This document shows, one piece after another, positions 51,941 through 61,267 of a DNA stretch of 64,000 bases. Within the stretch, counting starts at the first letter, position 1. The number at the start of each line of letters is the position of its first letter. Source of the stretch: Gemmatimonadota bacterium (GTDB lineage Bacteria; Gemmatimonadota; Gemmatimonadetes; JACCXV01); assembly GCA_036556205.1 (NCBI GenBank), contig DATBJW010000064.1, forward strand, positions 45,298 through 109,297, given 5' to 3'. Below the pieces are notes generated by a model. The model was not told the origin of the DNA. It did not search any database and was given only the letters and a program-made list of their open reading frames with translations. The position numbers and the translations under genes are program-made.

Positions 51941-53615
51941 CTAGCGTCCCCGCCGTCTGCCTCCGCGGCGTCCTCGGCGAGAGCCGCCGTGCGTGGTTCC
52001 GGGGCCGCGGCCCGCGGCCTCGGACCGTACGCGCGTCGTTTCGGGGCGCGCAGGCTGACCGCGTCGGCCCGGCGCGCCGTCACCACGCTGGAGGTGGCTG
52101 TGGTGGCGACTGTAGAAGAAGTAGATCGCGAGCCCGATCACGAGCCAGACCACGAGGCGCAGCCAGGTGTCGCCTGGCAGCCCCGCCATCATCGCGAAGC
52201 AGACCACGATCCCCAGGATCGGCACCAGCGGCACGAGCGGGGTCCGGAAGGGGCGCGCGCGGTCCGGCTCCTTGACCCGCAGGTACCAGACGCCGGCGCA
52301 GACGATCACGAAGGCGAGCAGCGTCCCGATCGAGACCAGCTCGCCCAGGATCGAGATCGGCAGCGCTCCGGCGAAGGCGGCGCAGACAATCCCGGTGAGG
52401 ATCGTGGTCACGTACGGCGTGCGGAAGCGGGGATGGACCTTGCTGAAGACGGGAGGCAGCAGCCCGTCGCGGGACATCGAGTAGAAGACCCGCGGCTGCC
52501 CCATGAGCATCACGAGCATCACCGAAGAGAGGCCCGCGATGGCGCCGATCTTGACCAGGTCGCGCAGGATGTCGATGCCCGTCTTCTCGATGCCGACCGC
52601 GATCGGCTCGGGGACGTTGAGCAGCGCGTACGGGACCATGGCCGTCAGGATGCCCGAGACCAGGATGTAGAGGATGGTGCAGATGAGCAGCGACCCCAGG
52701 ATTCCGATCGGCATGTCGCGCTGGGGGTTGCGGGCTTCCTGGGCGGTGGTGGAGACGGCGTCGAATCCGATGTAGGCGAAGAAGATGACCCCCGCCGCGC
52801 GCAGCACGCCGGTCCAGCCGAAATGGCCGAAGGCGCCCTCGTTGGGCGGGATGAAGGGCGACCAGTTGTCGGCCGCCTCGGCGGGGTGGCCGAAGAGCCA
52901 CGAGGCGCCGGCCAGGATGAACATCAGGATGACGGCGAGCTTGATGACCACGATCGCGTTGTTGAAGCGCGCCGACTCCTTGATGCCGATCACGAGCAGG
53001 ATCGTGATGCACGTGATCGCGAAGACCGCCACCAGGTTGAAGACGCCCGTGGCGTGGGGCAGCGCAGCCATGTCCACGCCTTGCGCGGCGAGCTGCTCGC
53101 CGAGCTGGCGCGTCACCAGCACCCAGCTCTCGGACCCGGGCGCCTGGACGAGCTGGGCGCCGTAGGCGTTCGACCACTGGGGCGGGATGTGGATCCCGAG
53201 GTCGCGCAGGAACGAGACGACGTAGCCCGACCAGCCGACCGAGACGGTGGCGGCGCCGAACATGTACTCCAGGATCAGGTCCCAGCCGATGATCCAGGCC
53301 ACCAGCTCGCCGAGGGTGGCGTAACCGTACGTGTAGGCCGAGCCCGCCGCCGGGATCATGGAGGCGAACTCCGAGTAGCAGAGCCCGGCGAAGGCGCAGC
53401 CCACGCCCGCCAGCACGAACGACAGCACGATGGCCGGCCCCGCGTACTGGGCGGCCGCGTGGCCGGTGAGCACGAAGATTCCGGTGCCGATGATGGCGCC
53501 GATGCCGAGCGCCACCAGGTTCACGGGGCCGAGCGCGCGCTTGAGGCTGTGCTCGCCCTCCGTGAAGGCGTCGGCGCGCAGCGTGTCGATCGACTTCCGC
53601 GCGAACAGGTTCACC
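51941..53615 (-). CDS. APC-superfamily amino acid permease, copy 1
   Basis: GTG start (VNLFARKSIDTLRADAFTEGEHSLKRALGPVNLVALGIGAIIGTGIFVLTG) with AGGAGA upstream. 12-14 TM helices. ~80% aa identity to the 61268..62863 copy. Confidence 0.85.
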
Positions 53616-53663
53616 GGGATCTCTCCTGTTGGTGAGGGTGAGGGCCGGGTACGGCGGTCGGGG

Positions 53664-55316
53664 TCACGCGCCGTGATCCTCGAGGACCGGCCGGCCGGTG
53701 GGCGTGCGCGCACCGCGCGCGGCCCGCAGCGCCATCCAGAAGAGCGATCCGGCCAGCAGCAGCAGCACGGCGGCCGAGATCGCGATCACCTGCGCCGCCC
53801 CCCCGCTCTGGCCGGTCAGACCTCCGCGCACGTGCAGCACGAGCGAGACGAGCGTGACGGCGGCCAGGAAGACGAGCGGCAGGACGGCGATCGCCGGGCT
53901 GCGGCCCGTGCGCGCGAGCCAGACCGCGATGCCCGTCAGCGTGAGCGCCGCCAGCAGCTGGTTGCTGGTCCCGAACAGCGACCAGACCGTGGCGTAGGCG
54001 TCGTCGGGGAGCGCCATCAGGAACACCGCGGCGGGTACGACGGTGGCCGCGGTGGCGGCGTAGCGGCCGAAGCTTCCGGTCCAGCCGCAGAGCTCCTGCA
54101 GGATGTAGCGCGCGAGCCGGGTGGTTACGTCGAGCGTGTCGTAGATGAAGGTCGTGAGCGCGAGGAAGCCGAATCCGGTCGCCAGGCCGACGGGGATGCC
54201 GATAACCGAGAGGAAGCGGGCGATCCCGCCGGCGAAGATCTCGTCGGGTTTGCTCGCTTGCGTGCCCATCATGACGGTCGCCAGTGCGATCAGGGCGACC
54301 ACGCCTTCCGCCAGCATCGCGCCGTAGCCCACCAGCCGGGCGTCGCTCTCGCTGCGCAGCTGCTTGGACGTCGTGCCGCTGCAGACCAGGCCGTGGAACC
54401 CCGAGCAGGCGCCGCAGGCGATCGTGACGAAGAGGATCGGGAACAGGCTTCCGTGTCCCGGGCTCGTGAAGCCCAGGAAGGCGGGCGCCCGCACGGTGAG
54501 GCCGCCGAACAGGAGCCCGATCGCCCCCGCGGCCAGGAAGCCGTAGAGCAGGAAGCCGCCCAGGAACCCGCGCGGCTGGAGCAAGAGCCACATGGGAAGC
54601 ACCGCGGCCACGAAGCAATAGGCCAGGATCAACAGGTCCCAGGCCTTGCGCGGGTTCTCCGCCACCCACTCGGGCAGGACGATGGGAGCCTTCGGGCCGA
54701 GCCAGATCGCAGCCAGGAGCAGCGGCCCGAAGATCCCCGCCACGAGTGGCAGCGGCAGCTGGCGCCAGCGCAGCAGCAGCCCCAGCGCGAAGGCCAGGCC
54801 CAGATAGAGGAGCGAGGACGTCGCCACCCCACCGCCGAAGCCGGCATGCGTGAACTCGGAGGCCGTGATGTCGGTGAAGGCGACGATCACGTAGAGCAGG
54901 GCGATCCAGATGAACGACAGGAACAGCAGGAAGGCCGGGCGGCCGACGTGCTCGCGCATGATCTCGGCCACCGAGCGCGCCCCATGGCGCACGGAGCCCA
55001 CCAGGCTGGCGAAATCATGGGCGGCGCCCAGGAACACGCAGCCGAGCGCGATCCAGAGGATCGCCGGCACCCAGCCGAACCACAGCGCGGCCAGGATCGG
55101 GCCCACGATCGGCCCCGCGGCGCTGATGGCGCTGAAGTGCTGCGCGAAGAGGAAGCCGGGCCGGGCCGGGACGTAGTCCATCCCGTCCTCGAGCACCCAG
55201 GCGGGGGTGGGGCGGGCGGGGTCGAGCGCGAACCGGCGGGCCAGGAAACGCCCGTACACCAGGTAGCCCGCCCCGAAGAGCGCGAGCACGGGGAGGATCG
55301 CCAGCAGCAGCGGCAT
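53664..55316 (-). CDS. cstA: Carbon starvation protein CstA family peptide/pyruvate transporter
   Basis: 550 aa. The N-terminus (MPLLLAILPVLALFGAGYLVYGRFLARR) and conserved CstA blocks (GPIVGPILAALWFGWVPAILWI...; CGACSGFHGLVCSGTTSKQL) identify the CstA family. Confidence 0.9.
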   Translation of the reverse strand: MPLLLAILPVLALFGAGYLVYGRFLARRFALDPARPTPAWVLEDGMDYVPARPGFLFAQHFSAISAAGPIVGPILAALWFGWVPAILWIALGCVFLGAAHDFASLVGSVRHGARSVAEIMREHVGRPAFLLFLSFIWIALLYVIVAFTDITASEFTHAGFGGGVATSSLLYLGLAFALGLLLRWRQLPLPLVAGIFGPLLLAAIWLGPKAPIVLPEWVAENPRKAWDLLILAYCFVAAVLPMWLLLQPRGFLGGFLLYGFLAAGAIGLLFGGLTVRAPAFLGFTSPGHGSLFPILFVTIACGACSGFHGLVCSGTTSKQLRSESDARLVGYGAMLAEGVVALIALATVMMGTQASKPDEIFAGGIARFLSVIGIPVGLATGFGFLALTTFIYDTLDVTTRLARYILQELCGWTGSFGRYAATAATVVPAAVFLMALPDDAYATVWSLFGTSNQLLAALTLTGIAVWLARTGRSPAIAVLPLVFLAAVTLVSLVLHVRGGLTGQSGGAAQVIAISAAVLLLLAGSLFWMALRAARGARTPTGRPVLEDHGA

Positions 55317-55392
55317 GCGGGATACCGAAGAGGAGGCGCAGGATCGGCGCCCAACCTAGCTTTCACCGCCACGCCGAACAAGCTTCGGTGCC

Positions 55393-56568
55393 ATGCACGG
55401 AAGGATCGTCGCGAGCCGCGAACGCCTGAGGACGTGGGGGCTGGTCCTCGGGTTCTGGACGCTGCTCGCGCTCTTCTTCAGCAGCGAGATCTACTCCTAT
55501 CAGCTCGCAGCCGGCGAGCCGCTGCCGTGGCTTCGCGCGCTGCGCTGGTCCCTGGTCTCCTGGTATTCGTGGGCGGCGCTCGCCCCGCTCGTGTTCTGGC
55601 TCGTGCGCCGCTTCTCGCTCGAGCGGCTGGGGATCGCGAGGGGCGTGGTCCTGCACGTGGTTCTCTCGGCCGTCTTCTCGCTCCTCCACCTGGTCGTCAC
55701 GAACGCGGGAAACGCGGCGCTCCTGCGGCTGGCGGGAGAGCCGTTCGACTTCTGGGAGGAGTTCCGCTACCTGCTGCCGCTCACCTTCCACTTCGGGATG
55801 GTGACCTACTGGGTGATGGCGGGCGCCTGCGTGGCGCTCGACGTCTACCGCCGCTACCGGGAGCGCGAGCACCGCGCCTCCGCCCTCGAGTCCCAGCTGG
55901 CGCGCGCCCGGCTCCAGGCCCTGCGCGGGCAGCTGCACCCGCACTTCCTGTTCAACACGCTCAACACGATCTCGGCCCTGGTCGCGCGGGATCCGCGCGC
56001 GGCGGACCGCATGATCGAGCGCCTGGGCGATCTCCTGCGCCGGACCCTGGACGACGGCGGCTCGGCCGAGGTGCCCCTGGAGGAGGAATTGCGGTTTCTG
56101 GAGGGCTACCTCGAGATCGAGCGCACGCGCTTTCGCGATCGGTTGACAGTCCTGACGCACATCGACCCGCGGGCGCGGGACGCGCGGGTCCCCAGCCTGA
56201 TCCTGCAGCCGCTGGTGGAGAACGCCATCCGCCACGGAATCGCTCCGCGCGCCGGCCCCGGCCGCATCGAGATCCGGGCCGAGCGCCACGAGGCCGGGCT
56301 GCGGCTGCTCGTCCAGGACGACGGTCCCGGCGTACCCGGCGGCGCCCCCGCGGGAGCGCCGGAAGGCGTGGGCCTGGCCAACACCCGCGCGCGCCTGCGC
56401 CAGCTCTACGGCGATCGGCAGCGTCTGAGCGTCGGGAACGCCGCAGGCGGCGGCTTCGAAGCCGTGATCGAGATCCCGTTCCAGCACGCCGCCGACCCTG
56501 CCTCGGCAGGCGGCGAGCCTCGCGCCGCGGCCGGAGGGCCCGGCCCGGCGGGCGGAGAGCCCGGATGA
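55393..56568 (+). CDS. LytS/YehU-family sensor histidine kinase (membrane 5TM-like sensor plus His_kinase/HATPase_c)
   Basis: N-terminal polytopic region. His_kinase domain (LRGQLHPHFLFNTLNTISALV). HATPase N-box (LILQPLVENAIRHGI) and G-boxes (DDGPGVP...GVGLANTRARL). Confidence 0.85.
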   Translation: MHGRIVASRERLRTWGLVLGFWTLLALFFSSEIYSYQLAAGEPLPWLRALRWSLVSWYSWAALAPLVFWLVRRFSLERLGIARGVVLHVVLSAVFSLLHLVVTNAGNAALLRLAGEPFDFWEEFRYLLPLTFHFGMVTYWVMAGACVALDVYRRYREREHRASALESQLARARLQALRGQLHPHFLFNTLNTISALVARDPRAADRMIERLGDLLRRTLDDGGSAEVPLEEELRFLEGYLEIERTRFRDRLTVLTHIDPRARDARVPSLILQPLVENAIRHGIAPRAGPGRIEIRAERHEAGLRLLVQDDGPGVPGGAPAGAPEGVGLANTRARLRQLYGDRQRLSVGNAAGGGFEAVIEIPFQHAADPASAGGEPRAAAGGPGPAGGEPG

Positions 56569-57350
56569 CCGCGCGCGTCTTGATCGTGGACGACGAGCCC
56601 TTCGCCCGCGAGCGGATCCGCGCGCTGCTGGCCGGGGAGCCGCGCGTGGAGGTGGTCGGAGAATGCGGCGACGGCAGGAGTGCCGTGCGCGCCACGCTGG
56701 CGCTGGCCCCCGACCTGCTCTTCCTCGACGTCCAGATGCCCGAACTGAACGGCTTCGCGGCGTTGCGCGCGATCGGCGTCGAGAAGGCCCCCGCGGTGAT
56801 CTTCGTCACGGCCTTCGACCGCTACGCGGTGGAGGCCTTCGAGGTGCACGCGCTCGACTACCTGCTCAAGCCCTTCAGCGAAGACCGCTTCCGGGCGGCC
56901 CTGAACAGAGCCCTGGCCCGGCTCGAGCAGGGCGAGCCCGAGGACGTGGCGCGGCGGATCGGCGCGTTGCTCGAGGAGGTGGGCGGCCGGGCCCGGGACG
57001 GGGGACGCCGCCGGCACCTGGACCGGCTTCCGATCAGGGGCGACGGGCGCATCACCTTCCTCGCGACGGGTGACGTGGACTGGATCGAGGCCGTCGGCAA
57101 CTACGCGCGCATCCACTCCGGCCGCACCTCACACCTGGTGCGCGAGACGATGACCGCTCTCGAAGCCAAGCTCGACCCCGACACGTTCCTGCGCATCCAC
57201 CGCTCCACGATCGTGAACCTGGGCCGCTGCCGGGAGCTGCGCCCCCTGCCGCACGGGGAGTACGAGGTGCTGCTCGAGAACGGCACGCGCGTCATCCTCT
57301 CGCGCCGCTACCGGGCGAAGCTCAAAGGCCGCTTCGGGCTGGATCCCTGA
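56565..57350 (+). CDS. LytR/AlgR-family response regulator (REC plus LytTR DNA-binding domain)
   Basis: REC domain (VLIVDDEPFARERIRALL...DLLFLDVQMPELNGF...VIFVTAFDRYAVEAF...DYLLKPF). LytTR domain (RITFLATGDVDWIEAVGNYARIHSGRTSHLVRETMTALEAKL...FLRIHRSTIVNL). ATG overlaps the kinase stop. Confidence 0.9.
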   Translation: MTARVLIVDDEPFARERIRALLAGEPRVEVVGECGDGRSAVRATLALAPDLLFLDVQMPELNGFAALRAIGVEKAPAVIFVTAFDRYAVEAFEVHALDYLLKPFSEDRFRAALNRALARLEQGEPEDVARRIGALLEEVGGRARDGGRRRHLDRLPIRGDGRITFLATGDVDWIEAVGNYARIHSGRTSHLVRETMTALEAKLDPDTFLRIHRSTIVNLGRCRELRPLPHGEYEVLLENGTRVILSRRYRAKLKGRFGLDP

Positions 57351-57393
57351 CGTCGAGTCTCACGTCACATCGACCGATTCAACGGCGAACCGG

Positions 57394-58755
57394 CTACGCC
57401 TCACTCCCCGGATTCTTTCCCGCCAATCGGCGCGAGAAGAGGTATTGCTCGGCGATCTCTCGCCCTCGGGGGGTGAGCAGACTCTCATTCGTGCGCCTGT
57501 CGCGTCGCAGGTGGGCCAGGCGGCGACCATGCAGCGCCCCGATCAGACGGGGTTCAGAACCCATCTGTTCGACGAGCCGCTTCAGATCCTGACTATTGAT
57601 CCTGCCTCCACGCTCCAGGATGCTTCCGAGAATTGATGCGTTGCGGGAGTCATCCTGGATGACGGCCTCGCTGGAGCTCGATCCCATCAGGTAGATCCGT
57701 CCGCGACGCTCGCCGCGCGCTTCGATCAGTCCCTTTCTCGCCAGCAGCGTCAAGTGGTAGCGGACGGTGCGCGAGGGCAGCCCCAAAGCTTCGGCGATTT
57801 GAGGTGCGGTGGCTCGAGCCATTCTTCGGACCAGATCAAGGATGCGCCCCTGAATATTCGAGAGACGGAGCATGGAAGTCTCGACGCCGAGCTTGGCCAA
57901 GAGGTTCTGTTGCTGCGCACGTAGGGCGCGCAAGAAGAAGACAAGCCAGTCCGTGAAGTCGCTCGGATTCGAGCGCATCGCTAGCTGAGAGCCACGCAGC
58001 GCGGCGTAATAGGCCAGCTTGTTGTCCTCGATCACTCGCTCGAGCGAAGCGTAGGGCACATAGTCGTAGCCGGCACGCAGGAGGAGCAGCGCGGTCAGTG
58101 CTCGCGCCAGCCGGCCGTTGCCGTCCTGGAAGGGGTGGATCGCCAGAAACTCCACAATGAAGCGTGCGATTGCGACCAGTGGATGAATGCGGTCGTCCGC
58201 GAGGATCGCACTGGTTTCAGCGACCAATTCCTTCATGAGTCTCGGCGTATCGAAGGGAGCTGCCGTTCGAAAAACGACCTCTTGGCGTCCGTCGGGATGG
58301 CGGGCCTGGACGTGGTTTTCGTGCTTCTTGTATTCACCTCGATGCCAGGCGTCGCTTTCCGAGTGCCCGAGCAGGATGCCGTGGAGCTGCTTGAGAAACC
58401 GCTCCTCGAGAGGAATGTCCTGATAGTGATCGAAGATGGTCTGGAGTAGCTCTCCGTACCCGTGAACCTCGGCCTGGCCGCGGGCTCGGAACGTGTCTAC
58501 CGAGACCCCCGCGAGAATCTGCGCGACCTCCGCATCGCTGAGTTCAGCCCCTTCGATTCGAGTCGAGCTGGCTGTCGATTCGATCGTCGTTACCTGGCGG
58601 AGCGCTCCCAGACGCTCAGCGGTGATCTCACGCAGCTTTCGCCAGTGTCCCTTGAACTCATCGATCTGTCCGAGCAGTCGAAGCAGCTCGGTCAGTCTTT
58701 CGGGGTCGGCTGTCGGAGTGAGCTTCTCCATGCCAGTTGCCAATATTGTTGCCAA
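57394..58755 (-). CDS. Fic/Doc family protein (putative AMPylator/toxin-like) with a C-terminal winged-helix DNA-binding domain
   Basis: Fic motif HPFxxGNGR present as HPFQDGNGRLARALT. C-terminal wHTH (ILDLVRRMARATAPQIAEALGLPSRTVRYHLTLLARKGLIEARGERRGRIYL). GC content clearly lower than neighbouring genes. Start may be the TTG at 58755 or the ATG at 58731. Confidence 0.85.
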   Translation of the reverse strand: MATILATGMEKLTPTADPERLTELLRLLGQIDEFKGHWRKLREITAERLGALRQVTTIESTASSTRIEGAELSDAEVAQILAGVSVDTFRARGQAEVHGYGELLQTIFDHYQDIPLEERFLKQLHGILLGHSESDAWHRGEYKKHENHVQARHPDGRQEVVFRTAAPFDTPRLMKELVAETSAILADDRIHPLVAIARFIVEFLAIHPFQDGNGRLARALTALLLLRAGYDYVPYASLERVIEDNKLAYYAALRGSQLAMRSNPSDFTDWLVFFLRALRAQQQNLLAKLGVETSMLRLSNIQGRILDLVRRMARATAPQIAEALGLPSRTVRYHLTLLARKGLIEARGERRGRIYLMGSSSSEAVIQDDSRNASILGSILERGGRINSQDLKRLVEQMGSEPRLIGALHGRRLAHLRRDRRTNESLLTPRGREIAEQYLFSRRLAGKNPGSEA

Positions 58756-58800
58756 TTGTTGCCGTTAAAAACTCAAGCTGGTTGCCAATAATATTGCCAT
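58735..58800 (-). repeat. AT-rich segment with direct repeats of ATTGGCAAC (three copies, 12-nt phasing) spanning the Fic start and its upstream region
   Basis: Minus-strand reading: ...ATTGGCAACcagcttgagtttttaacGGCAACaATTGGCAACaatATTGGCAACtggcATG. Also TTGCCATTA x2 on the plus strand further upstream. Local GC drops sharply. Confidence 0.6.
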
Positions 58801-59027
58801 TACTTGCCATTAAAATCAACTACTTCTGTAACTTGCTATTCTACAATCCAACAGACGCGACAAGTTCACAGGGAACTGGACTGACTCACCTCCTGCTTCC
58901 CCGGGACATCCCCACGATCTGCCGCTCGTCACTCGCTACGTGACCCGCTCTCGAGCATAGCTCTAACGTGACCAGTTCGGAGCAGGAGCCTGGACCGTGG
59001 CCGAGCCGGTGGATAGCTACCCGACCC

Positions 59028-61247
59028 ATGCAAGGTGACGACGACGAACGCGTGCGCAGGCTTCAAGGAAGAACGCTCCCCGCCCTCGCGCTGGTCGCGG
59101 CCCTGAACACCCTCCCCGTCACCGGCACCCGCGCCCAGGAACCCGACGCCCTGCCGGCCGTCCCGGCGGAAGGCGAGATCGAGATCGACGGGCGGCTGGA
59201 CGAGCCGGCGTGGGCCGCCGCCCCCGCCGTCACCGACTTCCGCCAGCAGGAGCCGGACGAGGGTCAGCCGGCCACCTTTGCGACCTCGGTCAAGGTGCTG
59301 TTCTCCGAGGAGCGGCTCTACATCGGAGCGCGGCTCAGTGATCCCGAGCCGGACCGGATCATCGCGCGCATCCTGGAGCGCGATCTCCTGATCACGCAGG
59401 GCTTCTTCTCGCTCACCTCCGACGACGACGCCTTCTTCGTCGTGCTCGACACCTTCGACGACGATCGCAACGCCTTTCTCTTCGCCACGAATCCCAACGG
59501 CGCCGAGACGGACGCCCTGCTGCGCGACGAGGGCAGCCTGAACGTCTCGTGGGACGCCGTCTGGCAGGTGGCGTCGACGCTGGATGAGGGCGGCTGGACG
59601 GCGGAGATCGCCATTCCGCTGGGACAGCTTCGTTTCGCCAAACGGGGACCGTGGACCTGGGGGATCAACTTCGAGCGCGTGATCAAGCGCCGGAACGAGG
59701 TCGCGCTCTGGACGAGCTGGACGCGCGACAACGGCGGCCTGCTCAAGGTCTCACAGGCGGGCTCGCTCACCGGGCTCGCCGGTCTCGACCAGGGCGTGAA
59801 CCTGCAGGTCAAGCCCTACGTGCTGGGGCGCGCCACGCACGTGGAGGACGAGACCGCTTCCGACCTCTTCGACGACGAGAGCGGCGCCTCGGGCGACGTG
59901 GGCGGCGACCTCAAGTACGGGGTCACCCCCAACCTCACGCTCGACGCCACGGTCAACACGGACTTCGCCGAGGTCGAGGCCGACATCCGCCAGGTCAACC
60001 TGACGCGCTTCAAGCTCTTCTTCCCCGAGAAGCGGGAGTTCTTCCTGGAGAACGCCGGCATCTTCGACTTCGGGATCCCGGGCTTCGGGGGGCCGCCTTC
60101 GGTGCTGCTCTTCTTCAGCCGGCGCATCGGACTCGAGGAAAACGTCGAGGTGCCGATCATCGCCGGCGCCAAGCTGACGGGCAAAGCGGGGCCCTGGAGC
60201 CTGGGCGTCCTCGACGTCGTCACCGAGGAATCCGTCACCCCGGTCTCCAACTTCGGAATCGCGCGCGTGCAGCGGGACGTCGGAGGGCGCTCGCGCGTGG
60301 GCGCCATCCTGACGCACCGGGCCCGTGAGGGTGAGTCGGGCTCGGCCGCCGCCGGAGCCGACACGCACGTGCAGTTCAGCCAGAAGATGTCGTTCGACGG
60401 GTTCGTCACCGCTTCCGACGAGCTGGACGCGAAGACCTCGGCCTACCGCGCGGCGCTGGACTTCACCGCCGACCAGTGGGGATGGTTCCTGGAGCAGGCC
60501 TACCTGGGTGAGGATTTCGACCCCGCGGTCGGCTTCGTCCTGCGCAACGACATCAACCGCCAGTTCGGCACGTTCCGGGTGACCCCCCGGCCCCAGGCCC
60601 TGGGCCTGCGCCGCGTGGACCTGCGCCTGAACGGCACGTTCATCTCGTCGGCCGATTGGGAGAGGCGCGACCAGAACTGGCGCTTCAGCGTGACGCCCCA
60701 GTTCGACTCGGGAGATCAGATCGAGATCGGCGTCCAGCGCGACTTCGCGCGCCTGGTCGACCCGTTCGTCCTGTCCGACGACGTCATCTTCCCCGCCGAT
60801 GACTATTGGAACGGGAGCGTGACGCTCGCGCTCACGACCAGTCGCAACCGCGTCGTGAGCGGAGAGCTTTCGCTGGGCGACCTGGGTTTCTTCAGCGGCC
60901 GCAACCGCAGCGTGGCGGGCACCGTGCAGGTGGCGGTCAATCGCCATCTGGCGTTCGAGGGCGGCTGGGCCCACAACGCGATCGAGTCACCGGACGGCGA
61001 CCTCACTACCGACCTCGGCACCTTGCGGGTCAACTGGAACCTCTCGACGCGGCTCTTCACGAGCGCCCTGATCCAGTATGACTCGGTCGCCGACGCGGTC
61101 GAGGCGAACGTGCGCGTGGACTTCATCCACTCCCCCGGCAGCGACCTGTTCGTGGTGCTGAACGAGCGTCGTGGAGAGTCGGGAGATCCCTTCCGCTCCC
61201 GCAACCGCGCGCTCATCGTGAAACTCACGAAGCAGATCGACTTCTAA
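59028..61247 (+). CDS. DUF5916 / CBM9-like (carbohydrate-binding family 9 / DOMON-like) domain protein with a large predicted beta-barrel C-terminal region; likely outer-membrane
   Basis: Signal peptide (LPALALVAALNTLPVTGTRAQEP). CBM9-like N-domain (IDGRLDEPAW...FRQQEPDEGQPATFATSVKVLFSEERLYIGARL). Long beta-rich region ending in a C-terminal aromatic (…LTKQIDF), typical of outer-membrane barrels. Confidence 0.65.
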   Translation: MQGDDDERVRRLQGRTLPALALVAALNTLPVTGTRAQEPDALPAVPAEGEIEIDGRLDEPAWAAAPAVTDFRQQEPDEGQPATFATSVKVLFSEERLYIGARLSDPEPDRIIARILERDLLITQGFFSLTSDDDAFFVVLDTFDDDRNAFLFATNPNGAETDALLRDEGSLNVSWDAVWQVASTLDEGGWTAEIAIPLGQLRFAKRGPWTWGINFERVIKRRNEVALWTSWTRDNGGLLKVSQAGSLTGLAGLDQGVNLQVKPYVLGRATHVEDETASDLFDDESGASGDVGGDLKYGVTPNLTLDATVNTDFAEVEADIRQVNLTRFKLFFPEKREFFLENAGIFDFGIPGFGGPPSVLLFFSRRIGLEENVEVPIIAGAKLTGKAGPWSLGVLDVVTEESVTPVSNFGIARVQRDVGGRSRVGAILTHRAREGESGSAAAGADTHVQFSQKMSFDGFVTASDELDAKTSAYRAALDFTADQWGWFLEQAYLGEDFDPAVGFVLRNDINRQFGTFRVTPRPQALGLRRVDLRLNGTFISSADWERRDQNWRFSVTPQFDSGDQIEIGVQRDFARLVDPFVLSDDVIFPADDYWNGSVTLALTTSRNRVVSGELSLGDLGFFSGRNRSVAGTVQVAVNRHLAFEGGWAHNAIESPDGDLTTDLGTLRVNWNLSTRLFTSALIQYDSVADAVEANVRVDFIHSPGSDLFVVLNERRGESGDPFRSRNRALIVKLTKQIDF

Positions 61248-61267
61248 CCCCGCGACCGCGAGGACGC

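Noticed and set aside
51866-57350. Giant plus-strand ORFs (51866..53635, 53430..57350) across the permease/cstA region
   Set aside because: They are antisense to polytopic transporters and dominated by R/G/E/D/H codons. Only the 55393..56568 and 56565..57350 segments encode recognisable proteins (HK and RR), in different frames.
58735-58800. ATTGGCAAC repeats as sigma-54 promoter (-24 TGGCA / -12 GC)
   Set aside because: GG-to-GC spacing is 11/13 nt instead of the required 10-nt separation, and there is no TTGC -12 element. More consistent with operator-like direct repeats.
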